Made by a program: the position numbers and the translations under genes | Notes under the pieces: model-generated | Databases searched by the model: none | Told to the model about the DNA's origin: nothing | Seen by the model: only the letters and a program-made list of their open reading frames with translations | Assembly (NCBI GenBank): GCA_963974445.1 | Contig: CAXBDI010000003.1 | Coordinates: 6,076-70,075 of the forward strand | Direction: 5' to 3' | DNA length: 64,000 nt | Origin: an uncultured Alphaproteobacteria bacterium | Lineage (GTDB): Bacteria > Pseudomonadota > Alphaproteobacteria > Bin95 | In this document: positions 1 through 8,946 of the stretch, piece by piece | Layout: every line of letters begins with the position of its first letter | How positions within the stretch are numbered: position 1 is the first letter of the stretch

Positions 1-65
1 CCTACATCTTCGCCTACTTCAAACGCCGCAAAGCCGGAAGGATGGCCGAGGGCGGGCCGGAGTAA
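1..65 (+). CDS. 3' end of an upstream gene that begins before the window (C-terminus ...YIFAYFKRRKAGRMAEGGPE*)
   Basis: Frame 3 is open from the window edge to TAA at 63-65. Too short to identify the product. Confidence 0.2.
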   Translation, partial: YIFAYFKRRKAGRMAEGGPE

Positions 66-164
66 CATCCGGCGGTGGGCGGCCCGAAGCAACATCCTGT
101 TCCCCGGAAGGCCGCAGGCCTATCCGGGGCCTCTTTCCGCTTGGCGCTCTCGGCACCCCCTCAA

Positions 165-280
165 CCCCCTCCCCGGGCTTGACCCGGGGTCTACGCCAGA
201 GACCCGACCACGACCGCCTCACTCTGTCAGACGCTCTCCGGCATGGATCCCGGGTCAAGCCCGGGACGGCGAGGAGGCGG
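165..280. repeat. Bipartite palindromic intergenic repeat, copy A (MITE/RIME-like)
   Basis: Left arm ccccgggcttgacccggggtc..gccagagaccc at 170-204. Right arm ctctccggcatggatcccgggtcaagcccgggacgg at 234-270. Arms are inverted complements separated by a ~30 nt loop. The same architecture recurs at 4340, 25885, 45535 and 52814. Confidence 0.7.
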
Positions 281-589
281 GAAAACCTCCGCGCGCCGTC
301 CTTCCGAAGCGAGGCGCACACCGCTAGGATGGAGGCATGACCGAAATCGCTGACATCAAGGACCGGGACAGTTTTAAGGCTTGGCTGGAAGAGACCAATC
401 AGCCGCGCAAGGTGTGCGTGGCGTTGGCGGCTCGGGCGGCGAGTCGGGTTTTGCCGGTGGTCTGGGCGGTAGCGAGCAAAAGCGGCCAGTTCTCGGTCCT
501 GCCCATCCTGCGTGCGACGTTGGTCGCGGGGGTTGCCGGCCTGGCGCCACGCGGGGTATTGACAGACCGCGGACACGCTAGCGCGTTGC

Positions 590-730
590 TCGCCGCCGAC
601 GCCGCCTCCCGAACCGCCGTCGACTCGCCTCCCGAACCGCCGTCTACGCCGCCTACGCCTACGCCGCCGCCGCCGCCTCCCGAACCGCCGCCGCCGCCGC
701 CGCCTACGCCTACGCCGCCGCCCGAGCCGC
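590..730 (+). repeat. Imperfect tandem DNA repeat encoding the Pro-rich linker (units gcctcccgaaccgccg / gcctacgcctacgccgcc / (ccg)n)
   Basis: Direct repeats visible in the sequence. They produce poly-R and poly-G shadow ORFs on the minus strand. Confidence 0.7.
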
Positions 731-761
731 TTGGGCGGCTCTCCGCTCCGATTGTCAGCAA

Positions 762-1811
762 TTGCAAGAAGGCGCGGAACTGGGCTCCCGGGCATTATTC
801 CCGGACGCAACTCCCTACGCCATTGCCAGTCACTGGGCCGCTGTTCAGCAACGTCCGGGCGGATCGGAATGGGAATTCTGGCTCAACTGGTATCGCCGCC
901 TTTTGGAGGGGCGACCGCAGAATTGGCCGCTACTCTTCGAAATCGCAATCCAAGACGACGCCTTCTGGCAAGGCTCCGACGCCGAAATCAACGCCCGCAT
1001 CGCGGAGATTGTCGCTAAGCATGAGCAGCCGCCTCCAACCCTGAGCGATGAGACCCTGGCGGCCTCCGCCGATCAATCTCCGCATGGAGAGACACTCCAG
1101 CGGAATGACAAGCAAGAATATATCGTCGTCCCCCATTCCGTTCAGTCCGACGATGCATTCGACCTTGCAAAGCGACGTGCCCGCAATGCCGTTGACGACA
1201 TGCGCATCGCGATCAATCGAAACAACTATTTGGGCGTTCTGCGGGATGTTGCCGACAACGTTGAGAGGGAACTTGAACGATCCGCCGATGCGCCGGTCCT
1301 AGTTTTCGAAGCCGTTCGAGACGCGGCGTTTGAACTGATGGCCATTCTCGACACCGACGACCTCGTCCGATCCGACAGCGCATCGCAGCGGACGGTTGAC
1401 CGTTTCAAAGCACGCTTTTTGCAATCGGCACTGGAGTCGCGGGCGCACGATCCGGTCGTATTGGAATCGTTCGAAAAATTGGAAGCGTTTCAACCGCCCA
1501 TCGAACCAATAGACCCGGAAACACTGCAAAAAATCGGCGACTTCGTAAGCAACAATGCGTCAGGTGTTCTAAAGGACCAGATGCCTCGTGATGCCGCGGT
1601 CGTCAGCAGTCCCAATGAGCCGGATGGGAAACGAAAGTCTGCTCTCTATCGCTTCGGCAGCCGCGTCGTCCGTATCCTGATTTTGGACCGACTCCCCGAC
1701 AATCAAAGCGTTCACAACATGGCGGCCGCGGCAACACTGATCGAGTTTTTTCGCGCTCATGGATTGGTCGATGTTATAACAAAAATTGTGCATATGTTCT
1801 TGCGTTATTAG
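762..1811 (+). CDS. C-terminal portion (349 aa) of the hypothetical protein as annotatable in a single frame
   Basis: Long ORF with protein-like composition and no recognisable motif. TTG at 762 is only the first possible in-frame start, not a verified one. Confidence 0.45.
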   Translation: MQEGAELGSRALFPDATPYAIASHWAAVQQRPGGSEWEFWLNWYRRLLEGRPQNWPLLFEIAIQDDAFWQGSDAEINARIAEIVAKHEQPPPTLSDETLAASADQSPHGETLQRNDKQEYIVVPHSVQSDDAFDLAKRRARNAVDDMRIAINRNNYLGVLRDVADNVERELERSADAPVLVFEAVRDAAFELMAILDTDDLVRSDSASQRTVDRFKARFLQSALESRAHDPVVLESFEKLEAFQPPIEPIDPETLQKIGDFVSNNASGVLKDQMPRDAAVVSSPNEPDGKRKSALYRFGSRVVRILILDRLPDNQSVHNMAAAATLIEFFRAHGLVDVITKIVHMFLRY

Positions 1812-2013
1812 GCTATTGATCCTATAATTATCTGTCTGGATTGCCACGCCCGCTTCGCGGTCTCGCAATGACGGCGTGGCGTAGGGTGAAGTCGCAGTCG
1901 CCCCACCCCTGCAAAGGTGTTAACATTTGGCGAGGTTTGCTCACATTTGCTAAGGTCGATAGAGCTTAGCCTTTAGCGGTATCATATTACCGTTTTGCCA
2001 AGGATAGACCACC

Positions 2014-3033
2014 ATGCAGTTCGGCCTGATGACCCGCGGCCAGTTCCACGCTGGCGACGATATGCAACTGCGCTTTCGGGAACTCATGGAGCAGGCGCGC
2101 CTCGCCGACAAGCTAGGCTTCGCCTCGCTGACCAAGGGTTCGCACTACTCGGCCCACCCCTATCAGGATTTCCAGCAACTGCCCTATCTGGCCCGCGTCG
2201 CGGCGGAGGCGCCGAACCTGCGCGTCAACGCCGGCATCGTGCTCGTCCCCCTGCACAAGCCGATGTATCTGGCGGAGCAGTTGGCGACCCTCGACGTGAT
2301 GACCAACGGCAAGCTGATCTTCGGCGCCGGCCTCGGCTACCGCGATGTGGAGTTCAAGGGCTTCGGCACCACCACCCGCCAGAAGGTCCGCCGCTTCGAG
2401 GAGGGGATCGAGGCGATCAAGCGGCTGTGGACCGAGGAGACCGTCGACATGGTCGGCAGCCATTTCGAACTGGCCGGCGCCTCCTGCCCGCTGAAGCCGA
2501 TCCAAAAACCCTACCCCCCCATCTGGATCGGCGCCAACGCCGACCGGGCGATTGAGCGCGCGGCGAAGATCGGCACCTGTTGGTACATCAACCCGCACAA
2601 CACCATCAGCACCATCAAACGCCAGTTGGAGGTCTACAAAAAGGCGCTTGACCAACTGGGCAAGCCCTTCCCGGACGAACTGCCGATCCGCCGTGAGGTG
2701 TTCGTTGCCGAAACGCGCGAGAAGGCGCTGGAAATCTGCCGCCCCTACCTGGCCGACAAGTACGAGACCTACCACGCCTGGGGCCAGAGCAAAGCCATGC
2801 CCGACGGCGACAACAATCTGGGCCAGGAACTCGACGAACTGCTGAAAGACCGCTTCCTGATCGGGTCCGCCGAGGATGTGGCGGAGCGCATGGTGATCCT
2901 GGCGCAAGAGACCGGCATCAACCACCTGATCATGAGCGTGCAATGGCCGGGCATGCCGCAGGGCCTGGTGCTCGACACCATGCACCGCCTCGCCGCCGAC
3001 GTGTTTCCGCGGGTGCGGGCCGCGCTGGCTTAG
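2014..3033 (+). CDS. LLM-class (luciferase-like) flavin-dependent oxidoreductase
   Basis: 339 aa with a bacterial-luciferase-like TIM-barrel pattern (N-terminal MQFGLM..., GAGLGY motif). ATG start. The DUF1045 gene starts 16 nt downstream. Confidence 0.75.
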   Translation: MQFGLMTRGQFHAGDDMQLRFRELMEQARLADKLGFASLTKGSHYSAHPYQDFQQLPYLARVAAEAPNLRVNAGIVLVPLHKPMYLAEQLATLDVMTNGKLIFGAGLGYRDVEFKGFGTTTRQKVRRFEEGIEAIKRLWTEETVDMVGSHFELAGASCPLKPIQKPYPPIWIGANADRAIERAAKIGTCWYINPHNTISTIKRQLEVYKKALDQLGKPFPDELPIRREVFVAETREKALEICRPYLADKYETYHAWGQSKAMPDGDNNLGQELDELLKDRFLIGSAEDVAERMVILAQETGINHLIMSVQWPGMPQGLVLDTMHRLAADVFPRVRAALA

Positions 3034-3048
3034 GCGGAGCGGGCTGCG

Positions 3049-3762
3049 ATGCCGAGCACCGAGCGCTACGCCATCTACTTCGCACCGGCGGAGGATGCCG
3101 AGATCTGGCGCTTCGGGACCGAATGGCTTGGCCGTGATCCAGCCACCGGCCAAACCCTGGCGCAGCCGGAGGTGCCGGGACTCTCCGCCCAACAACTCGC
3201 CGCCGCGACCGAATCGCCCCGCGACTACGGCTTTCACGCCACCCTGAAACCGCCCTTCCACTTGGCCGAAGGGGTTGGTGCCGACGATCTGCGCAGCGCC
3301 GCCCGCGCGTTCGCCGCCGCCCGCGCGCCCTTCGACGCGCCGCCGGTCAGCGTGCAGCGCATCGGCCGCTTCCAGGCCTTCGCCTTGATGGCCGAAAGCG
3401 AAGAGATGCAGCGCCTCGCCGCCGATTGCGTCCGCGCGTTCGACCGCTTCCGCGCCCCGCCCTCCGACGCCGAACTGGCCAAACGCCGCGCCCGCGGTCT
3501 GACCGGGCGGCAGGAGACCAATCTGCAACAATGGGGCTATCCGTATGTCATGGAGGAATTTCGCTTCCACATGACCATGCTAGGCTCGACCCACGACGAG
3601 GCCTTGCACGCCGCCGTCAGCGCCTACCTGCAACCCCGCGCCTCGCACTTCGCCGAACAGCCGTTGCGCGTCGACGCCGTCTGCCTCTATCGGCAGGAAA
3701 CGCGCAGCGACCCGTTCCTGCTGGTCGAGCGGTTCGCCTTTTCCGCCGTTGGCGAAGAGTGA
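3049..3762 (+). CDS. DUF1045 family protein (putative 2H-phosphoesterase-like)
   Basis: 237 aa, N-terminal YAIYFAPAED motif characteristic of DUF1045. ATG at 3049. Confidence 0.55.
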   Translation: MPSTERYAIYFAPAEDAEIWRFGTEWLGRDPATGQTLAQPEVPGLSAQQLAAATESPRDYGFHATLKPPFHLAEGVGADDLRSAARAFAAARAPFDAPPVSVQRIGRFQAFALMAESEEMQRLAADCVRAFDRFRAPPSDAELAKRRARGLTGRQETNLQQWGYPYVMEEFRFHMTMLGSTHDEALHAAVSAYLQPRASHFAEQPLRVDAVCLYRQETRSDPFLLVERFAFSAVGEE

Positions 3763-3808
3763 CGCACCACTCTCAAATCCGCCGGATTCCGGCGTATGAT
3801 GATCGACC

Positions 3809-4306
3809 ATGACCGATACCGCCCGCTCGCCATTTTTGCTCGACGTGGTGCTATATCCGCACCGCTCGCTGCCGCCCCAAGGGTTTATGATCCTGATGAT
3901 CGGCTTCGGCGCCGTCAGCTTCGTCACCGGCGCGGTGTTCGCGACCATGGGGGCGTGGCCGGTGCTGGGGTTTTTCGGCCTGGACGTGTTGCTGTTCTAC
4001 TGGGCTTTCCGCGTGTCGTACCGCAGCGGCCGCCTGCGGGAGGTGGTGCGGGTGACGCGCCACCAACTCACCGTGCAGCGCGTGCAACCGGACGGCCGGC
4101 GCAAAACCTGGAGCTTCGAACCAGCCTGGGCCCGGGTCGAACTGTACAGGCCCGCGGAGCACGACTGCCGCCTTATCCTGGCCAGCGGCCAGCGCCGGCT
4201 CGCCATCGGCAAGTTCCTGCCGCCGGAGGAGCGGGTGGCCTTCGCCGCAACCTTGAGCGAGGCCTTGCGTGCCGCCAGAACCTACCCTGGCGGCGCGCAG
4301 AACTGA
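3809..4306 (+). CDS. DUF2244-like small integral membrane protein
   Basis: 165 aa with two hydrophobic helices followed by a soluble tail. Confidence 0.5.
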   Translation: MTDTARSPFLLDVVLYPHRSLPPQGFMILMIGFGAVSFVTGAVFATMGAWPVLGFFGLDVLLFYWAFRVSYRSGRLREVVRVTRHQLTVQRVQPDGRRKTWSFEPAWARVELYRPAEHDCRLILASGQRRLAIGKFLPPEERVAFAATLSEALRAARTYPGGAQN

Positions 4307-4339
4307 TAACCGACGGCATCGACTAATAAGCGCTTCTCT

Positions 4340-4443
4340 TTTCCCGCGCTCGACGCGGGATACATGCTTGAGATTACCATCCAGCACCATCGTTCGTCAG
4401 GAGCGCTCTGGCATGGGTCCCGGCTCGCGGCCGGGACGAAGGC
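4340..4443. repeat. Bipartite palindromic intergenic repeat, copy B (divergent left arm)
   Basis: Left arm tcccgcgctcgacgcggga, right arm ctctggcatgggtcccggctcgcggccgggacgaagg. Lies in a convergent intergenic gap. Confidence 0.55.
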
Positions 4444-4472
4444 GTTATAGTCACGACCTCCTCCCAACCATA

Positions 4473-5276
4473 TTAGACGTTGAGCCCGAGGATATCCTTC
4501 ATGGTGTAGAGGCCTGGCGGCTTGCCGCCGGCCCACATCGCCGCGCGGACGCCGCCGCGGGCAAACAACTGCCGGTCGGTGCAGCGGTGGCTGAGTTCCA
4601 GCCGCTCGCCGGGGGCCGCGAATATCACCGTGTGCTCGCCGACCACGTCGCCGCCGCGCAGGGCCGCAAAGCCGATATCGCCCTGGCGGCGGGCGCCGGT
4701 CTGGCCCTCGCGGCTCCACTGCGCCACCGCATTGATGTCGACCTTGCGGCCCCGCGCTGCCGCCTGGCCGAGCCCGACTGCGGTGCCCGACGGCGCGTCG
4801 ATCTTGTGTTTGTGGTGCATCTCCATGATCTCGATGTCGTAGTCGGGGCCGAGCAGGCTCGCGACCTTTTCCACCAACGCGAACATCAGGTTAACGACGA
4901 CGCTCATGTTCGGGGCGTAGACGATGGGCGTGGTCTTGGCCATCTCGTGCAGCACTGCCTCGTCTGCCGCCGAAAGGCCGGTGGTGCCGATAACATGGGC
5001 CGTACCGTGCTCGGCCGCCTGGCGGGCGTGGACGACGGTGGCGGCGGGGATCGAGAACTCCATCACCGCATCACAGGCCTGGAATACCGCACCGGCATCG
5101 TCACCGATGGCAACGCCCAGCTTGCCAACGCCCGCCAGTTCGCCGGCGTCATGACCGAGAAAGGGGCTCTCCTGCTGCTCGCAGGCGGCGGCGAGCGTCG
5201 CCCCTTCGGTCTCGGTAATCGTCTGTGTCAGCATGCGGCCCATGCGGCCGCCTGCGCCGATAATGCCTAGCTTCAT
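4473..5276 (-). CDS. dapB: 4-hydroxy-tetrahydrodipicolinate reductase
   Basis: 267 aa. N-terminal MKLGIIGAGGRMGR Rossmann motif and a conserved EMHHKHKIDAPSGTA core. Confidence 0.9.
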   Translation of the reverse strand: MKLGIIGAGGRMGRMLTQTITETEGATLAAACEQQESPFLGHDAGELAGVGKLGVAIGDDAGAVFQACDAVMEFSIPAATVVHARQAAEHGTAHVIGTTGLSAADEAVLHEMAKTTPIVYAPNMSVVVNLMFALVEKVASLLGPDYDIEIMEMHHKHKIDAPSGTAVGLGQAAARGRKVDINAVAQWSREGQTGARRQGDIGFAALRGGDVVGEHTVIFAAPGERLELSHRCTDRQLFARGGVRAAMWAGGKPPGLYTMKDILGLNV

Positions 5277-5324
5277 AACGACGTGTCCTCCCAGGAATTG
5301 TTCCTCATCCCCCAGTTTAGCGCC

Positions 5325-6557
5325 TTAGGCGGGCTCCAGGCCATGGGCATGCGTCGGCAGCACCTGGGCGGTGATCCCTTCTGACCCCAATGTGCGCACC
5401 AGCCGTTCGCCATGGGCGGCGTCGCGCACCTCCAGCACGAAGTCGATTTCCGTCAGCTTGATCGGCACATCGAAGAACAGCCGGTTGTGCTGCACCTCCA
5501 GCACGTTCGCGCCGGCCTCCGCGATGATGCGGGTGGCGAGCGCCAGGCCGCCGGGCGCATCGGAGACCTCGACGCGCAGGCGCACCAGCCGCTTGTTGCG
5601 CACCAGGCTGCGCATCAGGGTGGAGGCGAGCAGCGTCGCATCGATATTGCCGCCGGAGATCACAAGCGCCACCTTGCGGCCCGCGAACTTGTCGGGGTGC
5701 GCCAGCAATGCAGCGAGCGGTGCCGCGCCCGCCCCCTCCGCCACGTATTTGCCGGTGATCGCCAACTCCTGCACCCCCAACTCCAACTGGGATTCGTCGA
5801 GCACCAGGATCTCCTCGACATGGCGCTCGATGATCGGGCGGGTGCGGGTGCCAGGGTATTTGACCGCGATGCCCTCGGCGATGGTCGGTCTGCCGCGCGG
5901 CGGCTCGGTTCCGGCGATGGCGCAGGCCATGGTCGGGTAGGCCGCCGCCTCCACCCCAATCAGGCGGATGGCGGGGTTCAACGCCTTGGCGGCAATGGCG
6001 ATGCCGGCCATCAGGCCGCCGCCGCCGATCGGCGCGACGATGGTGTCGACCTCCGGCGCATCCTGGAGGATTTCCAGCCCGACGGTTCCTTGCCCGGCGA
6101 TGATGCGGTCGTCGTCGTAGGGATGGATCAGGGTCAGGCCATCTCGCTCCACCAACTCGTCGGCGAGGGCGATCAGGTCGGCGAGTTCGTTGCCCTCCTG
6201 CAGCACCCTGGCGCCGAAGCTTTCGGTGCGGGCGACCTTGGCGAAGGGCGTGCCAAGCGGCATGGCGATAGTTGCCGGAATGCCCAGCCGGCCGGCGTGG
6301 TAGGCGACGCCCTGGGCGTGATTGCCAGCGGAAATCGCGATGACGCCGAGCCCGCGCTCCAACTCGCTGAGCGCCTGCAACCGGAACAGCGCGCCACGGT
6401 CCTTGAACGACGCAGTGATCTGCAGGTTTTCCAGCTTCAGCCAGACCTCGGCACCGGTCAGGGCCGAGAGCGACCGCGAATGCCGGGTGGGCGTTCTGAC
6501 CACATGCCCGTCGATAGCCGCCGCCGCCAAGCGGATATCTTGAAGTGTCACCGTCAT
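5325..6557 (-). CDS. ilvA: Threonine ammonia-lyase (threonine dehydratase)
   Basis: PLP lysine motif SFKDRGA, glycine-rich loop, C-terminal ACT-like domain. ATG 6557 is preceded by a GGAAGGA RBS. An alternative GTG at 6590 would overlap the upstream stop. Confidence 0.85.
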   Translation of the reverse strand: MTVTLQDIRLAAAAIDGHVVRTPTRHSRSLSALTGAEVWLKLENLQITASFKDRGALFRLQALSELERGLGVIAISAGNHAQGVAYHAGRLGIPATIAMPLGTPFAKVARTESFGARVLQEGNELADLIALADELVERDGLTLIHPYDDDRIIAGQGTVGLEILQDAPEVDTIVAPIGGGGLMAGIAIAAKALNPAIRLIGVEAAAYPTMACAIAGTEPPRGRPTIAEGIAVKYPGTRTRPIIERHVEEILVLDESQLELGVQELAITGKYVAEGAGAAPLAALLAHPDKFAGRKVALVISGGNIDATLLASTLMRSLVRNKRLVRLRVEVSDAPGGLALATRIIAEAGANVLEVQHNRLFFDVPIKLTEIDFVLEVRDAAHGERLVRTLGSEGITAQVLPTHAHGLEPA

Positions 6558-6589
6558 TGGCCGCGTCCTTCCCTGGCGGCGCGGTTCCA

Positions 6590-7621
6590 CTACGCCAGAA
6601 CTGGCTGCCGCGCCGCGTCTTGCTGAACATAGCGCAGCAGAGCCTTGGCGTCGTTGGTGAAGAGTTCGACGCCGCCGAACCAGGGCTCGCCGATAGCCCG
6701 CTGCATCAGCAGCGCATCCTGATCCATCCAGCGCGGCAGCAGCGCGCCGAACCAGAACCCGGCCTCCCGCATCGCCTCGACCGCGGCGTCCGTACAGGGC
6801 GAGCCAAGCGCCAGCGCCAGTTGCACCATGGTGCGGCGATTGCGGCGGGCGTCCGCGGTCGCCGCAGCGACACGCGCCGGCAGGTCCGCGCCGATGCGGC
6901 GGACGTTGATCCGCACCAGGTCGAAGCGGGGCAGATCGACAACCTCGATCTGGCTGGTTCCGGCATGATCCAGAGGCTGGTCGGATGTGGCGAAAGCGCG
7001 GGTCAGGTGAAGCTGGTCGTAGAGCGCCAGCATCAGGTCGCTGTAGGCCGACGGCAGATACGAGACCTGCGCCGGCGCATCATCCATCGCGCGGTATTGC
7101 AGTACGGTCGCGGTCGGCCCGGCGCCGGTTGCCTCGATCTGCATCATGCGGGCGGGAACGAAGCCGATCTCGAAGCCGACATCGACGAAATCCGCCTTCC
7201 ACAGCGCCCGCTGCGAGAACACATGGTTGGTCAAGGCCGCACCGAACAACCCGCAGCAGGTTGGGTCACGGTCGGACACGTCAACGCAGCGGTCGATCAA
7301 CTGGCCGAGCAGCCCCTGGGTGCGGTGGCCCGGATCGACAACACCCTGGCCCAACTCCCTCACACCGGTATACGGGGCCGACTGCACAATGCCCAGATGG
7401 CCGACCGGCAGCCCGTGATCATTGCGGGCAATCAGCGATTGGCAGGAGCCATCGGCGTTGGCGCGGCGGAACGCCGCTGGATCATAGACCTGATCCGTCA
7501 GGTAGTGATCGCCATAGATCTTTCGAAACAGGCTAGGCAGGTGCTCGGCATCTTCGGGAGAGAACCGATCGATATCGTACTTGATTTGTTCTTTAAAAGC
7601 TTGTGAAGCGGCTTCAGTCAT
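6590..7621 (-). CDS. Hypothetical two-domain protein with a GNAT-like acetyltransferase fold
   Basis: 343 aa. VDPGHRTQGLLGQLIDRCVD resembles GNAT motif A. Its stop overlaps or abuts the ilvA start region. Confidence 0.4.
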   Translation of the reverse strand: MTEAASQAFKEQIKYDIDRFSPEDAEHLPSLFRKIYGDHYLTDQVYDPAAFRRANADGSCQSLIARNDHGLPVGHLGIVQSAPYTGVRELGQGVVDPGHRTQGLLGQLIDRCVDVSDRDPTCCGLFGAALTNHVFSQRALWKADFVDVGFEIGFVPARMMQIEATGAGPTATVLQYRAMDDAPAQVSYLPSAYSDLMLALYDQLHLTRAFATSDQPLDHAGTSQIEVVDLPRFDLVRINVRRIGADLPARVAAATADARRNRRTMVQLALALGSPCTDAAVEAMREAGFWFGALLPRWMDQDALLMQRAIGEPWFGGVELFTNDAKALLRYVQQDAARQPVLA

Positions 7622-8023
7622 GGCTCAGCAGGTCCTTTCGAGCGGTTAGTGGATCGAGGTTACCGGTTCAGTTTCAAAGGGTTAAAGACAGCCTTAGCCA
7701 GTCCTTGGCCCCGTAGGCTCCGTCTGGCGGCGACGGAGGAGAAAGTGTTGAGATTTGCTTGCGGCAGGGGCATGGCGTTAAACAACCTTAAGGCGATTGA
7801 TTTACCATTATAAGTTGTATTTCATTGAATAACTCGTTAACGATCCAGATTGAATCCATCGATATTTCCGCCTGCTTTATCTGGCCAAACCGCGTCGCCG
7901 GACCGCAATTCCCGCAACGCTGCACCGGCACGATACGGTGGCGGGCGAGACATTCGGCAAGCGGGCGGCTAGCATGACCGTCCCGTCCTTCCGGACGGTC
8001 GGAACAGCGGATGGGAGTGCCCA

Positions 8024-8935
8024 ATGAGCGATCAAGCGAGCAGCCAAACCCTGGGCTTTGTCGGCCTGGGCGTCATGGGGGAGGCGATGTGCCGGAACCT
8101 GGCGAAGAAGAGCGGGATGCCTGTGCTGGCCTTCGACCTGCGGCCGGAGCCGTTGCAACGGCTGTCGGCGGATGGGATCGAGAGCGCGATGTCGCTGGCC
8201 GATCTGGCGGAGCGCGCCGGCATCATCTTCATGAGCCTGCCGGGCGAGCCGCAGGTGCGAGCGGTGGCGCAAGGCGCCGACGGTTTGCTGGCGCGGATGC
8301 GGGCCGGGCAAACCCTGATCGACACCAGCACTTGCCCGGTGACACTGGCGCGGGAACTGGCGGCGGAGGCGGCGGCCAAGGGCGTGGATTTCGCCGACGC
8401 CCCGGTGGCGCGCACCGCGCAGGCCGCCAAGGACGGCACGCTCAGCATCATGGTCGGCGGCACGGAAGAGGTGTTTCAGCGCATCGAGCCGCTGCTCTAC
8501 TGCATGGGCGACGCGATCACCCATTGCGGGTCGGTCGGCGCCGGCGAGGCGGTGAAGCTGATGAACAACATGGTCGTCGTCCAGACCGTCCACGCCATTG
8601 CCGAGGCGTTGACGGTGGCCAAGGCCAGCGGCGCTGTCGATGGTCACGTTTTGTTCGAAACGATGGCCAAGAGCTCTGGCGACAGTTTCGTGCTGCGCAA
8701 CCACGGCATGAAGTCGATGTTGCCGGATACCCACCCGACGCAGTCCTTCCCCATCGACTACATTTTGAAAGACCTGAGCTATGCGATCAGCCTGGCCGAG
8801 GAAAACGGTGTGAGGATGGAAGGCGCCTACGCGACGCGCAACATTCTGGAGCGGGCGGCGGAAATGGGCTTCGGCGACCGCTATTACACCGTATTGATCA
8901 AGGCGATCGAGGGCGCGCTGGACCCGCAGGACTGA
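8024..8935 (+). CDS. NAD(P)-dependent 3-hydroxyisobutyrate / 2-hydroxy-3-oxopropionate reductase family dehydrogenase
   Basis: GFVGLGVMG Rossmann motif, 303 aa, 6-phosphogluconate-dehydrogenase-like C-terminal domain. RBS GGGAG. Confidence 0.8.
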   Translation: MSDQASSQTLGFVGLGVMGEAMCRNLAKKSGMPVLAFDLRPEPLQRLSADGIESAMSLADLAERAGIIFMSLPGEPQVRAVAQGADGLLARMRAGQTLIDTSTCPVTLARELAAEAAAKGVDFADAPVARTAQAAKDGTLSIMVGGTEEVFQRIEPLLYCMGDAITHCGSVGAGEAVKLMNNMVVVQTVHAIAEALTVAKASGAVDGHVLFETMAKSSGDSFVLRNHGMKSMLPDTHPTQSFPIDYILKDLSYAISLAEENGVRMEGAYATRNILERAAEMGFGDRYYTVLIKAIEGALDPQD

Positions 8936-8946
8936 GGCCCGGGGCA

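Larger units (their letters stand above)
337..1811 (+). pseudogene. Hypothetical two-domain protein with a Pro-rich (PEPP/TPTP) repeat linker, split by a frameshift inside the repeat tract
   Basis: ORF 337..1044 (frame 1) encodes a ~90 aa N-terminal domain plus the PEPPSTPPTPTPPPPPPEPPPPPPPTPTPPPEP linker, then degenerates into low-complexity sequence. Frame 0 (stop at 579-581, first start TTG 762) carries a well-formed 349-aa region through 1811. The frames overlap within the repeat at 600-760. Confidence 0.4.

Noticed and set aside
19-810. Minus-strand ORFs (19-810, 399-767) encoding poly-Arg and poly-Gly proteins
   Set aside because: These are shadow ORFs produced by translating the complement of the CCG-rich Pro-linker repeat. 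They have no start context and implausible composition.
2113-3570. Long antisense or alternate-frame ORFs, e.g. 2113-3570(-), 5412-6626(+), 8011-9075(+), 15020-15727(+), 24123-25841(+), 55086-57542(-)
   Set aside because: Typical high-GC shadow frames that fully overlap confidently assigned genes. They have Arg/Ala/Gly-rich junk composition and lack stops only because of GC bias.
6557-6590. ilvA start at GTG 6590 (as in the ORF track)
   Set aside because: ATG 6557 has a strong GGAAGGA RBS and gives the canonical N-terminus. The GTG would overlap the upstream gene's stop with no RBS.
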